From: Bacteroidales bacterium
Lineage (GTDB): Bacteria > Bacteroidota > Bacteroidia > Bacteroidales > UBA10428
NCBI GenBank assembly: GCA_016926375.1
Contig: JAFGOR010000031.1
Location: 4,131 to 68,130, forward strand
Direction of reading: 5' to 3'
Length of the DNA: 64,000 nucleotides
Shown here: positions 56,555 through 64,000 of the stretch, piece by piece
Numbering within the stretch: position 1 is the stretch's first letter
Layout of the letters: each line of letters starts with the position of its first letter
Position numbers and translations under genes: made by a program
Notes under the pieces: generated by a model
The model's database searches: none
What the model was told of the DNA's origin: nothing
The model's input: only the letters and a program-made list of their open reading frames with translations

Positions 56555-57227
56555 GAAAACCATAGTAATCCGGGTGGAAATATCCACTTTGCTGGGCCCC
56601 AACGGTAAAATCAACCCCAAAAAAATGGATCGCCTGGCCATGGTGATTACCAATTTGCACAACAGCGGAAAACATGTGCTTGTTGTTTCTTCCGGAGCCA
56701 TAGTATTGGGCGCTGAAAAGCTGAAATTGCATAACCTGCCCGACAATCTGGTTGATCTTCAGGCAACTGCCGCTGTGGGTCAGGCTGAACTGATCCGTTG
56801 TTACCAAAAATACTTCGACGACTACAACCAGATAATCGCCCAGGTGCTGCTTACCAGCGATATCATCGAATACCCGCAACGTGTTGAAAACACCCGCAAC
56901 ACCTTCAATACCCTGTTGGATATGAGCATAATTCCCATTATTAACGAGAACGACCCCGTATCCACGTCAGACATAGAATATGACGACAATTACCCCCTTG
57001 CACGGATTGTTGCCGGCATAGCCCGGGCTGAATTCATTGTAATAAAAATGGACCTCAACGGGAAATACCTGATTGTTCCCGCAGGCAATTATACCGCCCA
57101 GGTGGTGGATGGGGAAACAGAGCTTCAGGAAAAAATTGATTCCTTCTGTGAGTCTTCTGCAAAGGGTGAAACAACAGGAAATATGAATTTTCCTGCTTCA
57201 ATCGGAGATATTGTTTTTAACAATTGA
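56541..57227 (+). CDS. truncated, motif-degenerate glutamate 5-kinase paralog (likely non-catalytic)
   Basis: 228 aa. It aligns without gaps to the next gene, with about 77 identities over 171 positions by my hand count. SSGA, AAVGQAEL and IPIINEND are retained. VVKIGTSS has become VIRVEIST, GDNDTLSA has become DDNYPLAR, and SDIDGLY has become KMDLNGKY. The C-terminal STGGMITK lobe is missing. The start overlaps the argH stop by 14 nt. Confidence 0.75.
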   Translation: MMGNKKTIVIRVEISTLLGPNGKINPKKMDRLAMVITNLHNSGKHVLVVSSGAIVLGAEKLKLHNLPDNLVDLQATAAVGQAELIRCYQKYFDDYNQIIAQVLLTSDIIEYPQRVENTRNTFNTLLDMSIIPIINENDPVSTSDIEYDDNYPLARIVAGIARAEFIVIKMDLNGKYLIVPAGNYTAQVVDGETELQEKIDSFCESSAKGETTGNMNFPASIGDIVFNN

Positions 57228-57249
57228 TTAAACAGTCAGACACGTTATC

Positions 57250-58068
57250 ATGAATTACAGGGAGGTACTTAAATACAAGCGCAGGATCGTGGTTAAGATA
57301 GGCACGTCATCGCTTTCCTACGCAAACGGACGAATGAATTTCCACAGCATCGCGAAACTGGCATACGTGTTGAGCGCAATTCGCAGACAGGGTACCCAGG
57401 TAATTCTGGTGTCATCAGGTGCTATCGGAGTGGGTGCGGGAAGGCTGGGACTTACCAAAAGACCGCAGGAGCTTGCCAGGAAACAGGCATTGGCTGCAGT
57501 CGGACAGGCAGAACTGATGAAGATATATCAGAAGTTTTTCGAAGAATACAATCAGATTGTTGCACAGGTGCTGCTTACCAAGGACGTGGTGGAAATTCCC
57601 ACGCGAAATCAGCATGCCCAGAGTACCCTGATCAAACTGATCGAAAAAGATATCATTCCCATTATCAATGAAAATGATACCATTGCCACCAATGAAATTG
57701 AATTCGGAGATAACGACACACTTTCTGCCATCGTGGCTTCACTGGTTGAAGCTGACCTGCTGGTTATGCTTTCGGATATCGACGGGCTGTATAATGTTGA
57801 TCCCAGGTCTGATACACACGCTGAAATGATTCATTCGGTTCTCGAAATAACTCCTGAATTGGAGCAGCTGGCCTCCGGTGCAGGTTCGTCATTCAGCACA
57901 GGCGGTATGATTACCAAGATCTCCGCTGCCAAAATATGCCTGAAGCAGGGAATCGACTGCCTCATTACCAGTGGTTCCGACCCGGCCATCCTGTTTGACA
58001 TACTCACAGGTAACGAAGTAGGTACCCATTTTGTTGCACAAAAAGAAAATTCAATCCATCATGCCTGA
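57250..58068 (+). CDS. proB: glutamate 5-kinase (no PUA domain)
   Basis: 272 aa. Complete amino-acid-kinase motif set: VVKIGTSSL, VSSGAIGVG, AAVGQAEL, IINENDTIA, FGDNDTLSA, LSDIDGLY and STGGMITKISAA. Confidence 0.93.
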   Translation: MNYREVLKYKRRIVVKIGTSSLSYANGRMNFHSIAKLAYVLSAIRRQGTQVILVSSGAIGVGAGRLGLTKRPQELARKQALAAVGQAELMKIYQKFFEEYNQIVAQVLLTKDVVEIPTRNQHAQSTLIKLIEKDIIPIINENDTIATNEIEFGDNDTLSAIVASLVEADLLVMLSDIDGLYNVDPRSDTHAEMIHSVLEITPELEQLASGAGSSFSTGGMITKISAAKICLKQGIDCLITSGSDPAILFDILTGNEVGTHFVAQKENSIHHA

Positions 58069-59320
58069 TTTGAAAGAGACTCTAACACATATGGCCGGTA
58101 AGGTGAAACGAGCATCACGTGAACTTGCCAAAGCCAACACATCCTTAAAGGATAAAGCCCTGAAGTACATTGCAGAAGAAATCGATGCAAACAGACAGGC
58201 CATTATTGCTGAAAACCAGAAAGATATTTTGTCCGGTAAAGAAAAAGGCCTTTCAGGGGCCTTCATTGACCGGCTCACCTTAAATGACAAGCGGATTGAC
58301 GGTTTGATCAGTGTGCTGCATGATGTGATCAACCTGAAAGATCCGGTGGGGGAGATATTCAATATGAACACACTCCCAAACGGATTAAAGGTTGGTCAGA
58401 TCAGGGTGCCCATTGGCGTGATTGCCATTATTTATGAATCACGGCCCAATGTGTGTATTGAAGTAGCAGCCCTTACCATAAAATCAGGTAACGGGGTCAT
58501 CCTGCGCGGTGGATCCGATGCCATTCATTCAAGCCTGATTCTTGCAAAGCTGATCAGAAACGGATTGAAAAAAGCCGGACTTCCGGAAGACGCCGTAGCC
58601 ATGATTGATAATACAAACCGGGAATCCGTACTTGAGCTGGTTAAACTAAAAGACTTCATAGATGTTATTATACCCAGGGGGGGCCTTCAACTGATCCGAC
58701 TTGTTGAGGAGCACTCCATCATTCCTGTAATCCGTCACGACATGGGTATCTGCCATACCTATGTTGACGAAATGGCCAATCTGAATATGGCAAAGGAAAT
58801 ATGTTATAATGCTAAAGTTCAGCGTCCGGGTGTTTGCAATACCATGGAAACCCTTCTTGTTCATCAAAAGGTGGCTGAAGAATTTTTGCCTTTAATGAAA
58901 AGGGCCTATGATCAGGCAGGCGTCCGGCTGAAGGGGTGTGCAAAAACCCGAATGATCCTCCCGGAAGCAGAAGAAGCCACAGAGGAAGACTGGCGGACCG
59001 AGTACCTGGATCTGATACTTTCTGTTAAGGTTGTGGAAAATCTCGACGAAGCCATTGACCATATTAATAATTATAGTTCGCATCACTCCGATGCCATTGT
59101 TACCGACAGCTATGAAAAAGGCATGCGCTTCATCAACGAAGTTGATTCGGCTGCCTGCTTCATCAACGCATCCACCCGCTTCAGCGACGGTAATGAATTC
59201 GGACTGGGCGCCGAAATGGGAATCAGCAATCAGAAACTTCATGTAAGAGGACCTATGGGACTTAAAGACCTTATGGCTCCGAAATACATCATTTTTGGAA
59301 ATGGCCAGGTGAGAACCTGA
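58061..59320 (+). CDS. proA: glutamate-5-semialdehyde dehydrogenase (gamma-glutamyl phosphate reductase)
   Basis: Start taken at ATG 58061 (MPDLKETLTHMAG...), which gives the 8-nt ATGCCTGA overlap with the proB stop. The ORF-track TTG at 58031 is less likely. Aldehyde dehydrogenase fold with the catalytic-Cys segment QRPGVCNTMETLLVH and a C-terminal FINASTRFSDG. Confidence 0.95.
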   Translation: MPDLKETLTHMAGKVKRASRELAKANTSLKDKALKYIAEEIDANRQAIIAENQKDILSGKEKGLSGAFIDRLTLNDKRIDGLISVLHDVINLKDPVGEIFNMNTLPNGLKVGQIRVPIGVIAIIYESRPNVCIEVAALTIKSGNGVILRGGSDAIHSSLILAKLIRNGLKKAGLPEDAVAMIDNTNRESVLELVKLKDFIDVIIPRGGLQLIRLVEEHSIIPVIRHDMGICHTYVDEMANLNMAKEICYNAKVQRPGVCNTMETLLVHQKVAEEFLPLMKRAYDQAGVRLKGCAKTRMILPEAEEATEEDWRTEYLDLILSVKVVENLDEAIDHINNYSSHHSDAIVTDSYEKGMRFINEVDSAACFINASTRFSDGNEFGLGAEMGISNQKLHVRGPMGLKDLMAPKYIIFGNGQVRT

Positions 59321-59355
59321 CCTCAATTAATTATAAACCGTAAATCTAATTTACC

Positions 59356-60708
59356 ATGCAACCACTCAATGAATTCATGCAGAAGCTTGAGGAATTAACC
59401 GTAAATGCTTCACAAATCGACAAAGGACTCTTTGAAACCTACAACGTAAAAAGAGGACTCCGAAACCAGGATGGTTCAGGCGTACTGGTAGGTCTTACCA
59501 ACATCGGCGATGTGGTTGGGTATGAAAAAAAGGACAACCAGATTATTCCCTGTGATGGAAGGCTTTTCTACAGGGGAATTAACGTGGAGGATTTGGTGCA
59601 TGGATTTCAAAAGGACAAAAGGCATGGCTTTGATGAAACCGTATACCTGTTACTCACAGGCCGGCTTCCGTCAAAGGATGATATGGACCTGTTCACTTCC
59701 TATATGGCTGGTCACCGCGATCTGCCAAATGCCTTTGTTAATCTCATTCTTTCGTTCCGGGGAAAGAACATCATGAACATGCTGGCACGGTCGGTACTGG
59801 TAATGTACACACAAGACGATGAAGCAGAAAACTATTCACACATCAACCTGCTGAAGCAATCGCTGAACCTCATCGCCAAGTTTCCGGTAATTGCAGCCTA
59901 TGTATATTTTGGATTCCGCCATACCTATCAACGAAAATCGCTGATATTCCGGCATCCGGATCCTTCTCTGAGTACGGCTGAAAATTTCCTTTACATGCTC
60001 AAGGGTGAGAACTACAGCAGGCTGGAAGCCGATATTCTTGACCTGGCACTTGTGCTTCATGCCGAGCACGGCGGAGGTAATAACTCCACCTTCGCCACCC
60101 GCGTAATCAGTTCAGCCGGAACCGATACCTATTCGGCCATATCTGCCGGACTGGGTTCTCTGAAAGGATTCCTGCATGGCGGGGCCAATCTTCAGGTTGA
60201 AGAAATGATGAAAGACATCAAGAAAAATGTAAAGGACTGGAACAACAAACAAGAAGTCCTCGAATACCTGAAGAAAATACTCAAGGGAGAAGCAGGTGAC
60301 GGCTCAGGAAAGATTTACGGAATCGGACATGCCATTTATACACTGTCAGACCCCAGGGCCATCCTGTTGAAGGATAAAGCACGGGAACTGGCCGGTTCCA
60401 AAGGAAAAACCGATGAATACCTGCTTTATGAAGCCATTGAAGAACTGGCTCCCGAAGCATTTGCAAGTTTCAAGGGTGAGAATTCCAAGGTGATCAGCGC
60501 AAATGTCGACTTCTATTCGGGTTTCGTTTACAAATGCATCGACATCCCCAAGGAACTTTTTACCCCAATTTTTGCCATTGCCCGCATGGCCGGCTGGTGC
60601 GCACACCGCCTCGAAGAAGTAACCTTCGCTTCCCGAAGAATCATCAGGCCCGCTTATAAAAATATTTTTGGCAGGGTGGATTATGAACCTATCGAAGAAA
60701 GACTATAA
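59356..60708 (+). CDS. gltA: citrate synthase
   Basis: 450 aa. LVLHAEHGGGNNSTF, GIGHAIYTLSDPRA and DFYSGFVYK motifs carry the catalytic His/His/Asp positions of (Si)-citrate synthases. Confidence 0.9.
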   Translation: MQPLNEFMQKLEELTVNASQIDKGLFETYNVKRGLRNQDGSGVLVGLTNIGDVVGYEKKDNQIIPCDGRLFYRGINVEDLVHGFQKDKRHGFDETVYLLLTGRLPSKDDMDLFTSYMAGHRDLPNAFVNLILSFRGKNIMNMLARSVLVMYTQDDEAENYSHINLLKQSLNLIAKFPVIAAYVYFGFRHTYQRKSLIFRHPDPSLSTAENFLYMLKGENYSRLEADILDLALVLHAEHGGGNNSTFATRVISSAGTDTYSAISAGLGSLKGFLHGGANLQVEEMMKDIKKNVKDWNNKQEVLEYLKKILKGEAGDGSGKIYGIGHAIYTLSDPRAILLKDKARELAGSKGKTDEYLLYEAIEELAPEAFASFKGENSKVISANVDFYSGFVYKCIDIPKELFTPIFAIARMAGWCAHRLEEVTFASRRIIRPAYKNIFGRVDYEPIEERL

Positions 60709-60765
60709 ATATCCTTTTTGCCCTGTAAAAAACAGGGTAATATTTGATAAAATACATTATTTTTA

Positions 60766-60773
60766 TAAATTTG
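60766..60773 (+). promoter_or_regulatory. candidate -7 promoter element (TAAATTTG) upstream of gltB
   Basis: Exact TAnnTTTG match in the 219-nt gltA-gltB spacer, about 155 nt upstream of the gltB ATG. It would give a long structured leader. Confidence 0.3.
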
Positions 60774-60865
60774 CCTCCATAAATTTAGAGTATGGCGATA
60801 ATATTCAATATTATTAATAATAAAAAACTTCAACATTGTTGAGGATGGTATACCAGTGCAGTTAC

Positions 60866-60900
60866 AAAAGGCCATTCTCAATAAAGGGGATGGCCTTTTT
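60866..60900 (+). terminator. terminator-like hairpin 28 nt upstream of the gltB start (distal gltA terminator or gltB leader attenuator)
   Basis: AAAAGGCCAT (60866-60875) pairs perfectly with ATGGCCTTTT (60890-60899) around a 14-nt loop, and the run of T continues to 60900. A weaker hairpin, CCCTG-N7-CAGGG, lies at 60721-60737 just after the gltA stop. Confidence 0.55.
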
Positions 60901-60927
60901 CAGTTGGATTAATTAACACAAACATAT

Positions 60928-63900
60928 ATGACGAGTTACGGATTGCCAAAGAAGATAGGATTGTATGATCCTTCTCAGGAACATGACAGCTGCGGGATTG
61001 GATTTGTAGCACAAATCAGGGGAATGAAGTCTCATGATATCATACACCGCGGACTGGAAGTATTGGAGAATATGTCGCATCGCGGTGCCGAAAGTGCAGA
61101 CAACGTGACCGGTGATGGAGCAGGAATACTGATTCAGCTGCCTCATAGTTTCTTTCTTGCCAAAGGAATTCAGGTTCCGGCCGAAGGTAAGTATGGTGCA
61201 GGATTGGTATTTTTTCCCAAAGGGGCCAAAGAAAGACAGGAATGTGAAAAAATCCTGGTGGATTCCATTACCTCTGAGGGCCTTTGTGTGATTGGTTTCC
61301 GTGATGTTCCGGTTGACAGTGAGGTATTGGGTGAAATTTCAAAGGCTTCAGAACCCTTTATGCGTCAGATTTTTGTTTCAGGCGACCTGGAACAGGATGA
61401 ACTGGAACGGAAGTTGTATATTGCCCGCAAACAGGCAGAGAATCGTGTCCGAAATTCAGCCATCCGGCATAAGGAAGCCTTTTACCTGACCGGCCTGTCA
61501 TCAAAAGTAATGATATTCAAAGGGCTGTTTACTTCCCAACAGCTGCGTCAATACTTTATTGATCTCCGTGATCAGAAACTGGAAAGCGCCATTGCCCTTA
61601 TACATTCACGATTTTCTACCAACACCTTTCCCACCTGGGACCTGGCACAACCATTCCGTTTCCTGGGCCATAACGGAGAAATCAATACCATCAAGGGTAA
61701 CCGGATGTGGATGAATGCCCGTGAAGCCCTTATGAAAACAGGAGTTATGGGTGAGGACTTAAAAAAGATTTTCCCGGTTATTGAACCTGATAAGAGTGAT
61801 TCGGCGTCACTCGATAACGTGCTGGAATTCCTCACACTCACCGGAAAATCACTGCCTCACGCCCTGAGCATGATGATACCTGAATCGTGGAACGACAAAA
61901 ATCCAATTCCTGAGAGTCTCAAGGCATTCTATGAGTATCATTCTACCATTATGGAACCCTGGGATGGCCCGGCATCAATCGTTTTCAGCGACGGACGCTT
62001 CATTGGCGGCACGCTTGATCGAAACGGCCTGAGACCATCCCGGTACGTAGTCACAAAAGATGACATCATTGTCATGGGATCCGAAGTAGGTGTTCAACAA
62101 TTTGCTCCCGGCCAGATTAAGGAAAAGGGCCGGTTGAAACCCGGCAAAATCCTGCTGGTTGACACCCGGTTTGGCATCATTGTTCCCGATGATGAATTGA
62201 AAAGGCAACTTACAGAAAGGAATCCCTATCAGAACTGGCTGAAGGAAAACCGCATTGAACTGGCCGACATTGAAATTAAAGAGCGGATTCCAACAACACT
62301 GGGTGAACAACACAATACCTACATGAAGGTTTTCGGATACAACAAGGAAGACCTGGAAGTACTTATCAGACCCATGGCGGTTGACGGTCAGGAACCGGTT
62401 AGTTCCATGGGAAATGATACACCGCTTGCGGTGATGTCTGATAAACCCCAACGCCTGTTCAATTATTTCAGACAGCATTTTGCCCAGGTAACCAATCCGC
62501 CCATCGACCCCATAAGGGAAGGCCTGGTAATGTCGCTTACCAATTATATCGGATCGGTTTCCCGGAATTTATTGATTGAATCACCTTCGCACTGCAAGCT
62601 GATCAAATTCCGAAGTCCCATTGTTTCCAATACCGACCTGGGTAAGATCAAAAACCTGGATCAGGAGCAGTTTTCTCATGTTTTACTGCCCATGCTTTTT
62701 GCTGCTGATTCTGTTAATCCGGGTGAAACACTCCAAAAGGCAATTGAAGAATTGTGCAAAAAAGCTGAAGATGCCGTTGATCAGGAAAAAAACTTCATTA
62801 TTCTGTCAGATCGTAACATCAGTGAATCACTTGCTCCCATACCTTCACTGCTTGCAGTATCGGCAGTGCACCACCATCTGATCAACACACAAAAGAGAAT
62901 GCAGATAGGCCTTGTAGTGGAAACGGCCGAACCCAGGGAGGTGAACCATTTTGCACTGCTTTTTGCATTTGGTGCCAGCGTGGTCAATCCATACTGTGCC
63001 TTTGCCATCATTGAAAAATTGTGTGAAACCGGTCAGATCAAAGACGATTATGTTACAGCCCGGGAGCATTATATCAAGGCAATCGACAAGGGTCTGATGA
63101 AGGTCATGTCAAAGATGGGCATATCCACGCTGCGCAGTTATCATGGTGCCCAGATATTTGAAGCAATTGGGTTGGCCAAGGATGTGGCTCATACTTATTT
63201 TACCGGAACCGATTCCAGAATCGGCGGTATCGGATTGGATGAAATTGCACAGGAAGCCTTGATGCAACACCAGATGGCCTACTCTCCCGGCAATCAGGAA
63301 AGCCTTGCTCCCGCCACTCAGGGGGTTTACCATTACCGGAAAAACGGTGAACAGCATGCCTGGAATCCGGAAACCATTGGCTTGCTGCAATGGGCTACAC
63401 GCACCAATGATTATACCAAGTTTAAGGAATTTACCTCCATGGTGGATCAGGAAAATCGCAAACCCTTGTTTATCAGAGGATGTATTAACCTTAAAAAAGG
63501 AAACCCGGTTTCTTTGGAAGAAGTGGAGCCTGTTGAATCCATTATGAAACGATTTGTTACAGGTGCCATGTCGTTTGGTTCAATCAGCAAAGAGGCCCAC
63601 GAGGCAATGGCAATTGCCATGAATGCCATCGGCGGTCGCAGCAATACAGGTGAGGGCGGTGAGGATGCCGAAAGATTCCTTCCGCGCCCCGACGGTACCA
63701 ATGCGCGCAGTGCCATTAAACAGGTAGCTTCCGGACGATTTGGTGTGACCACCAATTACCTGATCAATGCAGATGAAATACAAATCAAGGTGGCGCAAGG
63801 CGCCAAGCCGGGAGAAGGAGGGCAGCTTCCGGGTCATAAAATTGATTCCATCATTGCCCGGCTCCGGCATTCCACTCCCGGTATCACGCTGATTTCCCCA

Positions 63901-64000
63901 CCACCGCATCACGACATTTATTCCATTGAAGACCTGGCCCAGCTGATTTTCGATTTGAAATGCACGAATCCGCGTGCCCGAATAACCGTGAAACTGGTTT
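60928..64000 (+). CDS. gltB: glutamate synthase large subunit (3' end beyond window)
   Basis: Not in the ORF track because it has no stop inside the window. ATG at 60928 (MTSYGLPKKIGLYDPSQEHDSCGIGFVAQIRG...). The frame stays open to nt 64000. Ntn-amidotransferase Cys in SCGIGF, then FAQVTNPPIDPIRE, IKQVASGRFGV, KVAQGAKPGEGGQLPG and ISPPPHHDIYSIEDL. Confidence 0.96.
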   Translation, partial: MTSYGLPKKIGLYDPSQEHDSCGIGFVAQIRGMKSHDIIHRGLEVLENMSHRGAESADNVTGDGAGILIQLPHSFFLAKGIQVPAEGKYGAGLVFFPKGAKERQECEKILVDSITSEGLCVIGFRDVPVDSEVLGEISKASEPFMRQIFVSGDLEQDELERKLYIARKQAENRVRNSAIRHKEAFYLTGLSSKVMIFKGLFTSQQLRQYFIDLRDQKLESAIALIHSRFSTNTFPTWDLAQPFRFLGHNGEINTIKGNRMWMNAREALMKTGVMGEDLKKIFPVIEPDKSDSASLDNVLEFLTLTGKSLPHALSMMIPESWNDKNPIPESLKAFYEYHSTIMEPWDGPASIVFSDGRFIGGTLDRNGLRPSRYVVTKDDIIVMGSEVGVQQFAPGQIKEKGRLKPGKILLVDTRFGIIVPDDELKRQLTERNPYQNWLKENRIELADIEIKERIPTTLGEQHNTYMKVFGYNKEDLEVLIRPMAVDGQEPVSSMGNDTPLAVMSDKPQRLFNYFRQHFAQVTNPPIDPIREGLVMSLTNYIGSVSRNLLIESPSHCKLIKFRSPIVSNTDLGKIKNLDQEQFSHVLLPMLFAADSVNPGETLQKAIEELCKKAEDAVDQEKNFIILSDRNISESLAPIPSLLAVSAVHHHLINTQKRMQIGLVVETAEPREVNHFALLFAFGASVVNPYCAFAIIEKLCETGQIKDDYVTAREHYIKAIDKGLMKVMSKMGISTLRSYHGAQIFEAIGLAKDVAHTYFTGTDSRIGGIGLDEIAQEALMQHQMAYSPGNQESLAPATQGVYHYRKNGEQHAWNPETIGLLQWATRTNDYTKFKEFTSMVDQENRKPLFIRGCINLKKGNPVSLEEVEPVESIMKRFVTGAMSFGSISKEAHEAMAIAMNAIGGRSNTGEGGEDAERFLPRPDGTNARSAIKQVASGRFGVTTNYLINADEIQIKVAQGAKPGEGGQLPGHKIDSIIARLRHSTPGITLISPPPHHDIYSIEDLAQLIFDLKCTNPRARITVKLV

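Noticed and set aside
1-64000. Looked across the whole window for CRISPR repeats, tRNA/rRNA genes, IS elements, integrases, phage genes, and defence-island or toxin-antitoxin signatures.
   Set aside because: No regularly spaced direct repeats. No transposase, integrase or recombinase ORFs. No intergenic gap longer than 258 nt, and none with tRNA-like structure. Nearly every ORF is an assignable housekeeping or envelope gene. The window reads as core chromosome.

Overview
This window is a gene-dense stretch of core chromosome from a Bacteroidota-type bacterium. I map 47 CDS and about 2.5 kb of intergenic DNA in total, so roughly 96% is coding. The phylum call rests on several things: a beta-propeller protein with a T9SS C-terminal sorting domain, DUF2723- and DUF3098-type genes, TAnnTTTG -7 promoter motifs about 26 nt upstream of several start codons, and the general gene content.

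Almost every gene can be assigned.
- Replication, repair and translation: ruvB, pheS, dut, ybeY, mnmG, uvrC, polA, rsgA, queA, truB, rdgB, recO, an MPG-type glycosylase and a SUI1-family factor.
- Envelope: a Wzx-like flippase, a TPR protein, an EnvC-like M23 peptidase, ftsX, pbpC, a thioester alpha-2-macroglobulin lipoprotein, a DUF2723 GT-C enzyme and a PorZ-like T9SS protein.
- Isoprenoid synthesis: two polyprenyl synthases.
- A glutamate-family metabolic block: carB, divergent from argR-argG-argH, then a degenerate proB paralog, proB, proA, gltA and gltB. carA lies about 19 kb away.

I found no rRNA, tRNA, CRISPR array, transposase, integrase or prophage signature. I cannot honestly point to a clear novel multi-gene system here.

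The leads most worth a second look are:
1. a truncated glutamate-5-kinase paralog with degraded catalytic motifs, in tandem with the canonical proB;
2. the only unassignable gene in the window (about 250 aa), directly behind an orphan hybrid sensor kinase;
3. a Cys-bracketed, 51-residue acidic/aromatic insert in the alpha-2-macroglobulin, whose usual partner pbpC is separated from it by five unrelated genes;
4. a well-spaced tandem ARG-box-like operator over the argR promoter and start codon;
5. a few structured non-coding elements: a 22-bp perfect palindrome upstream of uvrC, a terminator abutting the polA start, and a terminator-like hairpin in the gltB leader.

All family assignments come from motif reading by eye. 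No database search was run.
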